A DNA stretch of 64,000 bases, from sequence record MT366760.1. The stretch is one strand, 5' to 3'. This document shows, piece after piece, positions 28,223 through 36,917 of the stretch. A program made the position numbers and the translations under genes. Below the pieces are notes generated by a model. It worked only from the letters and a program-made list of their open reading frames with translations, ran no database searches and was not told the origin of the DNA. Every line of letters starts with the position of its first letter. Position 1 is the first letter of the stretch.

Positions 28223-28885
28223 TTACAAAGTGTTAAGGTAGCTAGTAGCACTATTAGTGGAGGTTGTGAACCACCCACCCTCCGTGTCAGCGTCGCGCAT
28301 ACGTAGTTCGTTACCTTCGAGTAGTTCTAGTACTCGGTTAAGAACTTTAGCTTCATGACGCATTCGATACCAATTATTTACAGTCTCTTGGCGTTTGACC
28401 TTAAGCACATTTAGGTAGACGAAAGCGGAGGCTTTGGTAGTGTCTACTTTGATCTTACGTAGTGCCTTGTTGTACTTGATGTTAGAACGGTATTCCTTAC
28501 GCTTAGCTTGGTACAACGAATTTAGGTTACGTTCCATACAGGACGACATAACTTCGAATACGTCTCTTGTATCGTTAACATTCAATTCGTTCATTGCCTG
28601 AACGAATAGAGCTTCAAGGTTAGCTAGTGCTTCACGGTCGGATTCTGGTGTGGAATAAAACGCCCACTTGGTTTCGTCTTCCAGTTCTTCCATAGCCCAG
28701 TTAAGGTCAGCCATTTTCTTTTCAGCGTCTTCCCTTAGTTCGCTACGGGCACCAACCAACTTATCAGGGTGGTACTGATTAGCTAGACGACGGTAGGCTT
28801 TCTTTAAAGACTCTTTGGTAACTGTAGAAGGATCTGTGATTCCAAGTATCTTGAACGGGTCACGACGTTGTTGCTGATTACTCAT
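28223..28885 (-). CDS. J-domain (DnaJ-like) protein
   Basis: DPFKILGI...LKKAYRRLANQYHPDK...KMADLN.AMEEL with an intact HPD. Confidence 0.88.
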   Translation of the reverse strand: MSNQQQRRDPFKILGITDPSTVTKESLKKAYRRLANQYHPDKLVGARSELREDAEKKMADLNWAMEELEDETKWAFYSTPESDREALANLEALFVQAMNELNVNDTRDVFEVMSSCMERNLNSLYQAKRKEYRSNIKYNKALRKIKVDTTKASAFVYLNVLKVKRQETVNNWYRMRHEAKVLNRVLELLEGNELRMRDADTEGGWFTTSTNSATSYLNTL

Positions 28886-29366
28886 CGTCGCTCTCCTTTA
28901 TTTTAAGCACGCCCGTAAGACCACGCACTGGTTTTTCAATAACCTGTGGTGCATCATTCCCACCGTCGCCAACGTAAGTACTTCTAGATTCATGTATACC
29001 AACTGAGTAAACCGTGTTTTCGTGCACGTCAGGTTGGCGTTGGAAGTTGCAGCCCTTAATACTTTGAACGTCACCAGGGTTTAGAAGTGGGTTACCGTTA
29101 GGGTCAAGCAATTTGCTGTACCCAAGGAACTCCCAATCATCCTGTGGCTTATCTTTGTCTTCTAGGTACAGGGCAACATAACCCATAGCGTCCTTCTCGC
29201 TGATACCCTCAACAGTTGACGCATCAACACCAACTAGGAAGATAGTAGCTTCTTCCCCATTACGCTTGTTGGCTTCTTCTGCTACTTGAGCAGCTAGGTC
29301 AACTTTGTCTTCACGTTGTGGGTATTCACCCGTAAGGCTTGCTAGTAACTTTGCAGCAGTCTTCAT
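28878..29366 (-). CDS. hypothetical protein
   Basis: 162-aa ORF. Confidence 0.7.
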   Translation of the reverse strand: MKTAAKLLASLTGEYPQREDKVDLAAQVAEEANKRNGEEATIFLVGVDASTVEGISEKDAMGYVALYLEDKDKPQDDWEFLGYSKLLDPNGNPLLNPGDVQSIKGCNFQRQPDVHENTVYSVGIHESRSTYVGDGGNDAPQVIEKPVRGLTGVLKIKESDDE

Positions 29367-29959
29367 GATCTTTTTCCTTTACGTTTCTTCTTGCGGGGTT
29401 TATAACCATCCATATAACTCTTTAAGTCTTCGGATACATGGTTAAGTTTGATCTGAGTAGTTTCTACTCGTGTAGGTGACGTTTTAATTGTGAGCAAGTT
29501 AGCCCATTGATTAACATCGTCCTTATTGGTTGTGGCAAACACCACTTCACCATCCAAGGTTAGTAAGTGGATTGAATTCTCAAGTTCACCGAGTGGGTCA
29601 AGTGTCATCATGCGATTCAGATACTTGATAGCTTTAACACGCTTCTCTCGGGTTTGGAATTCAGTTAAGCTTATTAACTGACGTAAGGCAAATAACCAAC
29701 GTTGTGAAAGAATAGGGCAACGTTTCAAGTCTGCAAAGTAGGTGTCAGCGGATGGTCGGAAGTGTGGTGGTACGTGCGACTCCTCAACGATTGCTTTAAT
29801 ACGTTTAACATTAGACTTGATACGTTTAATCTCGCCCTTAGGTATTTTATTCACGGGGAACATCCTCGAAGTTGGGGTTAACCCGAACGCATCCATCCAA
29901 GAGTGGTTAGCTGATTCATCTTTCTTGAATGGGCGTATAGGTTTTCTATACCGATTCAT
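29363..29959 (-). CDS. hypothetical basic protein
   Basis: 198-aa ORF. Confidence 0.7.
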   Translation of the reverse strand: MNRYRKPIRPFKKDESANHSWMDAFGLTPTSRMFPVNKIPKGEIKRIKSNVKRIKAIVEESHVPPHFRPSADTYFADLKRCPILSQRWLFALRQLISLTEFQTREKRVKAIKYLNRMMTLDPLGELENSIHLLTLDGEVVFATTNKDDVNQWANLLTIKTSPTRVETTQIKLNHVSEDLKSYMDGYKPRKKKRKGKRS

Positions 29960-29960
29960 A

Positions 29961-30542
29961 CTAGATACCTAGTTGGCGTTTCCAGAAATGGTAGGGTGTC
30001 TTCTTGTACTGCAACCAAACACCGTGCTTCATGAAGTAATCTACTGTCCAACGGAACCGCAGAGGCATTCGCATTGTATCAGTACCCAATCCAAGGTCAC
30101 CCGCCATACTCTTCTCAACCTCCAACACAATCGGGTAACTACGTGTCATCTCATCAGCTATTGCTACTTGCGAACCCTGTTCAGGATTAATTACTGTGAG
30201 CGGAATCTTTTGAGCTAATGAGAAGTAGATATTGTGGGGTATAAGGACAGCAGTCACACGGTGAGCGTAATACTGGTCTGGTGTGATACCATCTCCACCA
30301 TAACTACCACTGTATAATAAGCCTGTGCTACGGTTGTGCACTAGAGCATTGAACGCAATAAAGTTCTCACACGCGATGTCGTAACCTTCTTCGTACTCAC
30401 CGTTTAACTTACGGTGAACAACCTCACTCGGGGATAGGGGTATAAAAGAGATACTGTCACCTTCGTTCATCATACCCACTGACTTTTCGTTAAGGATGAA
30501 AAGCTTGTTTACTTTGATTTCTGGTTTGTCTTGAGTCATCAT
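29961..30542 (-). CDS. hypothetical protein
   Basis: Start reassigned to MMTQDK at 30542, downstream of hairpin H5. Confidence 0.65.
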   Translation of the reverse strand: MMTQDKPEIKVNKLFILNEKSVGMMNEGDSISFIPLSPSEVVHRKLNGEYEEGYDIACENFIAFNALVHNRSTGLLYSGSYGGDGITPDQYYAHRVTAVLIPHNIYFSLAQKIPLTVINPEQGSQVAIADEMTRSYPIVLEVEKSMAGDLGLGTDTMRMPLRFRWTVDYFMKHGVWLQYKKTPYHFWKRQLGI

Positions 30543-30566
30543 AATCGTTACTCTTGGTTGGTTGAT

Positions 30567-30601
30567 ATAATCGGATGCCCTCTTAGAAGACATCCTGTTA
30601 T
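30567..30601 (-). other. conserved intergenic RNA hairpin H5
   Basis: ATAACA-GGATGTCTTC-TAA-GAGGGCATCC-GATTAT, 2 nt after the stop at 30604. Confidence 0.7.
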
Positions 30602-30603
30602 AT

Positions 30604-31065
30604 CTAGATACGGGGTAGATCTAACTCATCTAGTATAGGATTAGTAATGTTCAGGTAAACTATCCAGTTGACGATTATCACAAGCATCAGGGGTAATACT
30701 AACTTCGGCTCGTGCACAAAACCCATAAGGATAACAATCACGTCCTTACATATAGACATCTTGGTTAAGTGATACGCTTCGTATAAACAGTATTCTTGGT
30801 TATCTTCTCTTGATTGTGCAAACCAACGAACAACACCTACTGTCTCTAATACTAAAACCACTAACAACGTGGATACCCATATATCAGCGTTGAATTCGAA
30901 TATCCAATCTGAAATTCTACATAGTAGCGCGTAGACAATTAGGGTAGCGAAAGCTAGTTGAAAGCTTCTGAACCATCCGTATTGGTCTTTGACTTTATGC
31001 TTAATAATAATCATCTTATTTACCTCGGTAGGGATTCTGTTTAGTGAAGTATCGACACTTATCAT
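30604..31065 (-). CDS. hypothetical multi-pass membrane protein
   Basis: About four hydrophobic segments; start probably MIIIK. Confidence 0.65.
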   Translation of the reverse strand: MISVDTSLNRIPTEVNKMIIIKHKVKDQYGWFRSFQLAFATLIVYALLCRISDWIFEFNADIWVSTLLVVLVLETVGVVRWFAQSREDNQEYCLYEAYHLTKMSICKDVIVILMGFVHEPKLVLPLMLVIIVNWIVYLNITNPILDELDLPRI

Positions 31066-31753
31066 TTACACATTCCCTGTCAGTGTAGTGTAAGTGTTTT
31101 CCTATCTTGCCAAGTGGTTTTAGGTAGGGTTCCCAATCTGGTGCTTTTCTACCAAGACCATACTGTGCTGACGGTGACCAGAAGTGATTAGACTTAGTAG
31201 ACCTTTTGATGTAACCATCATAGAGACCACTAGCGAAATACTTTATCTCCAACCATGCAGCAGCATCAATTGGATTATCAAAGATTGGCGTCGCCCAAAA
31301 TTCGTCATTGTCTCGGATTAACTTGGTTAACTGTCTAAGGTCGTCCTTAATTGATTCGTATTGCGCACGGGATAATAACACCGAACACGTGTCGTCCTTG
31401 TATACCCGCGAGTCACGTAAGTCATCAGTTCGATTAAGAATAGAACTGCCAATAGCAATTATCCCCTGAGCAGTGTCATCCCTTGATTCACCATACATCC
31501 CCAAGGATAAACAAGCTATTTCTTTCTCGCGTTTTAACTCGGAGGGGGTTAACACGGTTGGGGTGGATGCAGCCACTTGAGGAGCGGCAACCATAGGCTC
31601 CTGTGGCAACGTTTCGTATTCAGTCGGTTGGTTAACTGTGAATTCAGTAAAATCACGTACAGTGACATCTGATGCGTCTACCGCAATGTCAACTACCAGA
31701 CCTATTTCCATAATAATTAAAGCAGCTAGTGCTACCTTTCTCTTATTCATCAT
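31016..31753 (-). CDS. SleB/Hydrolase_2-family cell-wall hydrolase with N-terminal anchor
   Basis: CLSLGMYGESR...AIGSSILNR...CSVL...QYES...HFW...PDW...IGKHLHY. Confidence 0.8.
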   Translation of the reverse strand: MMNKRKVALAALIIMEIGLVVDIAVDASDVTVRDFTEFTVNQPTEYETLPQEPMVAAPQVAASTPTVLTPSELKREKEIACLSLGMYGESRDDTAQGIIAIGSSILNRTDDLRDSRVYKDDTCSVLLSRAQYESIKDDLRQLTKLIRDNDEFWATPIFDNPIDAAAWLEIKYFASGLYDGYIKRSTKSNHFWSPSAQYGLGRKAPDWEPYLKPLGKIGKHLHYTDRECVNDKCRYFTKQNPYRGK

Positions 31754-31781
31754 ATTAATCTAACCCTTGTGTGGTTTGTCC

Positions 31782-31817
31782 ATAATCGGGGGCACTCCTA
31801 TGAATACCCTCTGTTAT
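31782..31817 (-). other. conserved intergenic RNA hairpin H6
   Basis: ATAACA-GAGGGTATTC-ATAG-GAGTGCCCCC-GATTAT (one mismatch), 2 nt after the stop at 31820. Confidence 0.65.
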
Positions 31818-31819
31818 GC

Positions 31820-32599
31820 CTAAACCTCGTACAGTATGAACGGGATGTTCTTACCGGAGCGGAAACATTTACCAGACATTTGTTGGATTTGACTGTAATA
31901 TATGTCTGATGTTCCATGTGGTATCAGACATATAACTTCCGAAAATGTATCTCGGATGTCGTAGCCTATTGACCACTGACGTAGGTTACCGATTACACAC
32001 TCCAGTCCCTGAACGATTGGTTCCTTTTCTACTAGTACACTGTGGGGTGATGCCGTGTACGGGTAGAACCCCCTAGTCTCAGCAACAACCTTAACTGCTT
32101 CACCCATGTCTGGGAGTGGTGTAACGATTAGGGCTTTAGCTAGATGGTGATTAACCAATTTATCCTTAACTAGAAGTCTATCCCAAGTACCCGTAATAGG
32201 TGAACACTTTGAGGTGCGTTCCTTCGATTCGTGTCCACGCTCACCCGTTAAGATATAGTTACAGTTGATGGTGTAGGGTTTACCGTATTCCACTGTGGTA
32301 CTAGCAACAACCTTATCTTGGTTCTTGTTGATGTTGTGTAGCTTGTTGAACATATGTTCAAGAGCCTGACCCAATGAAGAACCCTCGCCATACGCAACAA
32401 CAGGGTTATCAGTCTCACTACAGATGTAAACACACTCACCCATCTTACCGCGCTTGTCTAAACCAAACATCTTAATAGCTACGTGTTGGTTAGCAGTCGG
32501 ATCTTCTAGTTGATACTTACGCGTAACCTCGATAACAAGACCCTGACGTTGTGTCTCTTCGATGACACGTTCCATAATACCTTTAATTGGAGTAAACAT
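31820..32599 (-). CDS. hypothetical protein
   Basis: 259-aa ORF. Confidence 0.7.
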   Translation of the reverse strand: MFTPIKGIMERVIEETQRQGLVIEVTRKYQLEDPTANQHVAIKMFGLDKRGKMGECVYICSETDNPVVAYGEGSSLGQALEHMFNKLHNINKNQDKVVASTTVEYGKPYTINCNYILTGERGHESKERTSKCSPITGTWDRLLVKDKLVNHHLAKALIVTPLPDMGEAVKVVAETRGFYPYTASPHSVLVEKEPIVQGLECVIGNLRQWSIGYDIRDTFSEVICLIPHGTSDIYYSQIQQMSGKCFRSGKNIPFILYEV

Positions 32600-33165
32600 T
32601 ATTTGTTCTCCTTAGTTACCAAGATTTGTTCAAGTTGTGGGCGGATAGATTCAACATCAATGTCGTCGGCAACTGGTATCGTACCTTCTAATACACCAGT
32701 GACCACACGACGCATACTAGCTAGGGTAGCTTGCTGAGTAGTGATAAGTTCCTTATCAGCTTTGCGCTTATTATTCAAGTTGTCTACCGTCTCGCGAAGT
32801 GAACACATTGCCTTATTGTTCCTATCGTGAGCCAGTAGTTGGATTGCTCTAGAAGCTTCATCCGACACTAGGAATTCAATGTTAGATAACATTGCGTCTT
32901 TAGTTACACCGTCAATAGTGTCGTTCTCGTCTAGTCCTTCGTAGGCAGCATTGATAACGTCACGCATTGCTCCTGCGCGGTATTCACCTAGCTTGCGCAT
33001 AACACATAACATGTGCATCTGAGCGTTGTGGCTCAAGGTGATAATTTTAAGGAATGGGATCTTAGTTGTAACAACTGGTTTATCTAGGTCACCAACCAAA
33101 CAGCTTTTCTTGCGTGATAGTTGGAATGGGTTGATAGATAGTTCAACGAGTCGTAGCTTAGCCAT
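32599..33165 (-). CDS. hypothetical protein
   Basis: Start MAKLRL after GGAGAATACGATT. Confidence 0.65.
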   Translation of the reverse strand: MAKLRLVELSINPFQLSRKKSCLVGDLDKPVVTTKIPFLKIITLSHNAQMHMLCVMRKLGEYRAGAMRDVINAAYEGLDENDTIDGVTKDAMLSNIEFLVSDEASRAIQLLAHDRNNKAMCSLRETVDNLNNKRKADKELITTQQATLASMRRVVTGVLEGTIPVADDIDVESIRPQLEQILVTKENK

Positions 33166-33190
33166 AATCGTATTCTCCAAGTAATTAAGC

Positions 33191-33838
33191 TTATTTTGTT
33201 TCAGTACTTTCGTAACGTTTCTTAAGTTGTAGATAAAGTTCGTGTTCTTCTTTCTGTGCACGGTTCAGCTCGTAGAAGTATTTAGCAGCTAAACGCAGTG
33301 CAGCTTTAGTCTTGTGGGAACTGACAGCAACCGGTACCTCAATAGCGAATTCATCGTCCTCGCTAATGATGATGTTATTTTCAGTGATGGTGGAAAGGTC
33401 TACCACATCTGATTTAGCTGTCTTTCTGACGTGTTCTGCTAACGCGTTAACTAGGGCAGTAAATTGTGCTAGGTTATATTCACACGGCAACTTATCAAAA
33501 GCGTCTAGGACAAAGCGGGGAATTTCTTCAGTACAACTACCGCTATTGGAAGCGACCAAACGTGAACCTTGTAGGATGAAACGTTGGACAGTTGTATTAG
33601 GTATCATCATCCAAAACTCAGTACCTTCGGAGACTTCTACACTCACACAATCCCACACAGCGCGAGCATTAATACTGGATGTATCCTTAAGCGTGAATAG
33701 TGGTTCAAATATGGAAACCTTGTCTCGTGAGATAAACCATTCAATCATATCACACGACAATTTGTTATCTGGAAGTTTAACCTTATCACTAGGTAGTTCA
33801 AATGTAACACCGGAATTCTTATTCATATTACTCATCAT
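33191..33838 (-). CDS. hypothetical protein
   Basis: 215-aa ORF. Confidence 0.7.
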   Translation of the reverse strand: MMSNMNKNSGVTFELPSDKVKLPDNKLSCDMIEWFISRDKVSIFEPLFTLKDTSSINARAVWDCVSVEVSEGTEFWMMIPNTTVQRFILQGSRLVASNSGSCTEEIPRFVLDAFDKLPCEYNLAQFTALVNALAEHVRKTAKSDVVDLSTITENNIIISEDDEFAIEVPVAVSSHKTKAALRLAAKYFYELNRAQKEEHELYLQLKKRYESTETK

Positions 33839-33839
33839 G

Positions 33840-34079
33840 TTATTTACCTTTTAGTTTCCAACGTGCATCCCAAGGAGCACCAATACCAGTTACTGATTTG
33901 TCCGCATTAAGAATGACGGGACGGTTAGCCCATCGACCTCGGTAAGACACCCCGTCCTCAGCGATACATAAGTAAGTTCTACACTCAAATTCTTCGTGTT
34001 TAGCAGGTCCTGCACCAAAGTAGATGACTACTCGGGGGCAAAAGATAAACGTCAATAGACGTATTAAGTAGTTACGCAT
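33840..34079 (-). CDS. hypothetical protein
   Basis: 79-aa ORF, GGAGAG SD. Confidence 0.6.
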   Translation of the reverse strand: MRNYLIRLLTFIFCPRVVIYFGAGPAKHEEFECRTYLCIAEDGVSYRGRWANRPVILNADKSVTGIGAPWDARWKLKGK

Positions 34080-34098
34080 TTCGACTCTCCATGTAATG

Positions 34099-34134
34099 AT
34101 AATCGGGTGCCCTTATTAAAAGACACCCTGTTAT
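34099..34134 (-). other. conserved intergenic RNA hairpin H7
   Basis: ATAACA-GGGTGTCTTT-TAAT-AAGGGCACCC-GATTAT, 2 nt after the stop at 34137. Confidence 0.7.
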
Positions 34135-34136
34135 TA

Positions 34137-34493
34137 TTACTCCGGAAGTAGTAAGTGCTCAGTTAACATCTGACATAAGTCTTCTTCTATAATTAACAAG
34201 TCTTCTTCAGTTTCTGGGTTCCACGACTTATGCGTATGTACCGCGCAATTCGTATGACCTATGACACTTACCGAACATGATACACCATCACGACCCGATG
34301 AGTAAAGGATTTCAGTAGTGATACCCGCATGGACATCCTGAATACTTAAGCGTTCTGTTACGCTTGTCAGATGTACACGCGACATGTGGTAGCGGTGGTG
34401 AAGGCTGTGTGGAATAGCTAAACGAATGACTTCTGCTGAACGGTCAGTGTCGATGTTAACGATAGCGCCTGAAAGAAAATCTAGAGTTTTCAT
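34137..34493 (-). CDS. hypothetical protein
   Basis: Start MKTLD at 34493, downstream of hairpin H8. Confidence 0.65.
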   Translation of the reverse strand: MKTLDFLSGAIVNIDTDRSAEVIRLAIPHSLHHRYHMSRVHLTSVTERLSIQDVHAGITTEILYSSGRDGVSCSVSVIGHTNCAVHTHKSWNPETEEDLLIIEEDLCQMLTEHLLLPE

Positions 34494-34522
34494 AATCGTG
34501 TTCCTTTTTGTCTTCTGAGTAA

Positions 34523-34558
34523 TTAATCGGATGCCCTTATTAAAAGACATCCTGTTAA
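34523..34558 (-). other. conserved intergenic RNA hairpin H8
   Basis: TTAACA-GGATGTCTTT-TAAT-AAGGGCATCC-GATTAA, abutting the stop at 34559. Confidence 0.7.
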
Positions 34559-34828
34559 TTAGTCGTTATCCATATCCATCTGGTTAGCAAAGCGAATTGC
34601 GAAAGGAATGCTAAACATACTAGCAAACGCAAGTTTGAACAGAGTCTCTAAATCGTAAGAACCAACTGTGAAAACGAAGTCGCTATCTAGCCAGTTAAAG
34701 TCAACTGCGAAACCTGCTTTCATAGCCAATGCTGCGGTAGCAAACAAAGTAGTAATAGTAAGAACTGCTATAATTGCTAATGCAACAACGAATATCTTTA
34801 GAGCGGTAACTAATTGAGTGTTCATCAT
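34559..34828 (-). CDS. small membrane protein (early)
   Basis: Start MMNTQ after AAGGA; two hydrophobic segments. Confidence 0.6.
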   Translation of the reverse strand: MMNTQLVTALKIFVVALAIIAVLTITTLFATAALAMKAGFAVDFNWLDSDFVFTVGSYDLETLFKLAFASMFSIPFAIRFANQMDMDND

Positions 34829-34868
34829 GATCTTGTCCTTGGTGGAAAGTATTTGTTTTCGTATGTCC

Positions 34869-34897
34869 ATTATACCATAATCTCCGATGGGAATCAA
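34869..34897 (-). promoter_or_regulatory. host sigma70 promoter (extended -10)
   Basis: TTGATT-17 bp-TATAAT, with TGG before the -10. Confidence 0.7.
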
Positions 34898-34902
34898 ATT
34901 TA

Positions 34903-34909
34903 ATTTACA
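34903..34909 (-). promoter_or_regulatory. TGTAAAT box
   Basis: Between the terminator and the sigma70 promoter. Confidence 0.35.
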
Positions 34910-34923
34910 AGAGCCTAAAGTAG

Positions 34924-34949
34924 AAAAAGCCCCAATTAAGGAGCTTTTT
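34924..34949 (-). terminator. intrinsic terminator
   Basis: GCTCC-TTAATT-GGGGC-TTTTT. Confidence 0.75.
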
Positions 34950-34954
34950 CGGAG

Positions 34955-35578
34955 TTAGTCATCAGTGGATTTAACACCAAACACAATGCTGTCAAATAGC
35001 TCTTTCTGTTGGCGTTCGTGTAGCCCATGGATTGTTTTGCCTAGTTCATCTGGGATATGTAGTCCAGGGTCAACTAAGTGTAGACTTTGATGAGCGTGAA
35101 GGGACAGTGTCCTTGTTACACCAAACGTAGCTAGTTCACCACACGCGAAACCTTTTGGAATTGATGATAAATCAAAGGGGATGTCATACGGAGGTAAATC
35201 ATTCTTGGGTTTCAACATGTCAGCCATAACACGATTCTCTATTTCTCTAAAGTCCATATCAAGAGCATATGCTGACATTCCACTGCGAGCCCTAGCTCCC
35301 CAAGTGTAACCCTGCTTAGACTTAGAGACACCGTGAACGTCTTTACCACATGCTAGTAGGAAACGAGAACCCCCACTAAGCAAGAACCACTTTGTACGTA
35401 ACCCAATATCAAGGGGTGTCCCTAACGTATCTTGTTTAGGCGCGTTGTTACTTGGTTTGAGCCAAGAGGGTATCGGGTTGTCATTACGGCTCAAACGACC
35501 TGTAAGTGTACCCCGTGATACAAAGCATTCATCAATTATTCTAGAGTCTATATCCATGTTCTTGTTTAGTATAGCCAT
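34955..35578 (-). CDS. hypothetical protein carrying family A DNA polymerase-like motif remnants
   Basis: GTLTGRLS (cf. TxTGRLSS) and MDFREIENRVMA (cf. motif A DYSQIELRxLA); no motif B or C. Confidence 0.45.
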   Translation of the reverse strand: MAILNKNMDIDSRIIDECFVSRGTLTGRLSRNDNPIPSWLKPSNNAPKQDTLGTPLDIGLRTKWFLLSGGSRFLLACGKDVHGVSKSKQGYTWGARARSGMSAYALDMDFREIENRVMADMLKPKNDLPPYDIPFDLSSIPKGFACGELATFGVTRTLSLHAHQSLHLVDPGLHIPDELGKTIHGLHERQQKELFDSIVFGVKSTDD

Positions 35579-35600
35579 AATCGTCTTCTCTTTTAGTTAC

Positions 35601-35636
35601 TTAATCGAGGGCACTCACACAAATACCCTCTGTTAA
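35601..35636 (-). other. conserved intergenic RNA hairpin H9
   Basis: TTAACA-GAGGGTATTT-GTGT-GAGTGCCCTC-GATTAA, abutting the stop at 35637. Confidence 0.7.
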
Positions 35637-36836
35637 TTAACTATCAATAGTCATTTGCCAAGCGCGTTGACTGATTTCTTCTTTAGTCGGTTGACGGACT
35701 AGTTTACTCTTAAGTTGTTGAATAGTTTGATTCAGTAACATTGAGTTATTTATGATACCAGTCTGACCATTCATGTCAATCAAACCAAATAGGTCTTTGT
35801 CGCCTTTCTTGAACACAAAGATATCTGATTCGTTGTAGTCATTGGTAACTGTCAGAGTTACTTCATTACCCAAGAATGACTTATCAATATCAACTTGCAA
35901 ACCTGCTGCGTCCAACATACCTACGAACTTAGCCATATTGATACTACGTGCCTGATGCACCGTGTTCAAATAGCCGATGTTCTTATCCATCACTGATTCA
36001 TAGATATATGGTTTCAGTACTTCTTCTAAGTATTCAGCTTTCAGATCTTGTTCAGCTTGGTACTTGAAGTTCTGGTATGATGTTAAGTCAGCTACCATTT
36101 CGGATAGGCGTTCACCGATGTCTGCGCGTTGTGTTTCATCCGTCAACTGACGCATTTTATTGAACACCTGAGCATACAAGTCTTCTGGGTAGAACTCATC
36201 CGGATGGGATTGTGCGTATTCAATCTTCTCGATTAGTTCTACGTAAAGAACTTTAATGTCATAAGCTTCTTTAGCCAGTAGCACTTCCTGCGCAGCTTTG
36301 CGGAAGTTCATGCGTTCGTCACCTGGCTTTAGATAATCAGCTTTATCAAGGATTTGATATTCTAGCTCATCACGAGTCATGATACCGAAGTCTGATTTAA
36401 CATCGTCAAGCAACTTGTATGCATCTGCGTAACGGTCAACTGGTTCGTCAGATGCTACTTCAGTAGATACTCCGTAACTAACAGCGTTCTCTTTATGTTG
36501 TCCCGCTGCATTTGCCAATCGTTCAGCTTCTGATGGGAATACCCACTGCCAATAGTCTGCTGTGTTACGCGAAGTGTTCCACTTAGTTGGCTTATCAAGA
36601 CCGTAACAGTCCGCGATATTTGCCGCCAATTGTTTTGCTGAGCCTGCTTCATTATACAATGCTAAGTAAGCTTCTGCATAGCTAACGCTCTCTACATTTG
36701 GTGCTTGAGAGAAGTTAAGCTCCATACCGTTTGTACTTACGAATGCCTTTTCACACCAGTCTGCGTTGGATGCATGTGATTGAAGTGGTAGTGTTGTTGC
36801 TAGGGCTAAGCCCACGATTGCTAATATCTTTTTCAT
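35637..36836 (-). CDS. hypothetical exported protein
   Basis: Signal peptide MKKILAIVGLALATTLPLQSHA-S; 399 aa, mostly helical. Confidence 0.7.
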   Translation of the reverse strand: MKKILAIVGLALATTLPLQSHASNADWCEKAFVSTNGMELNFSQAPNVESVSYAEAYLALYNEAGSAKQLAANIADCYGLDKPTKWNTSRNTADYWQWVFPSEAERLANAAGQHKENAVSYGVSTEVASDEPVDRYADAYKLLDDVKSDFGIMTRDELEYQILDKADYLKPGDERMNFRKAAQEVLLAKEAYDIKVLYVELIEKIEYAQSHPDEFYPEDLYAQVFNKMRQLTDETQRADIGERLSEMVADLTSYQNFKYQAEQDLKAEYLEEVLKPYIYESVMDKNIGYLNTVHQARSINMAKFVGMLDAAGLQVDIDKSFLGNEVTLTVTNDYNESDIFVFKKGDKDLFGLIDMNGQTGIINNSMLLNQTIQQLKSKLVRQPTKEEISQRAWQMTIDS

Positions 36837-36868
36837 GATACGTTCCTTTGTTTTCGGATTAATAGTAG

Positions 36869-36904
36869 TTAATCAAGCGCCCTCAATAGAAGACGCTTTG
36901 TTTA
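36869..36904 (-). other. conserved intergenic RNA hairpin H10
   Basis: TAAACA-AAGCGTCTTC-TATT-GAGGGCGCTT-GATTAA; lower stem extended by TAGTAG/CTACTA. Confidence 0.65.
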
Positions 36905-36917
36905 CTACTAGCCTAGA

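Noticed and set aside
8263-34897. Longer track starts for 8263..8835, 10332..12101, 18148..18900, 29961..30593, 34137..34550 and 34559..34897
   Set aside because: The extensions run through promoters, conserved hairpins or neighbouring genes; downstream ATGs have proper SD sites.
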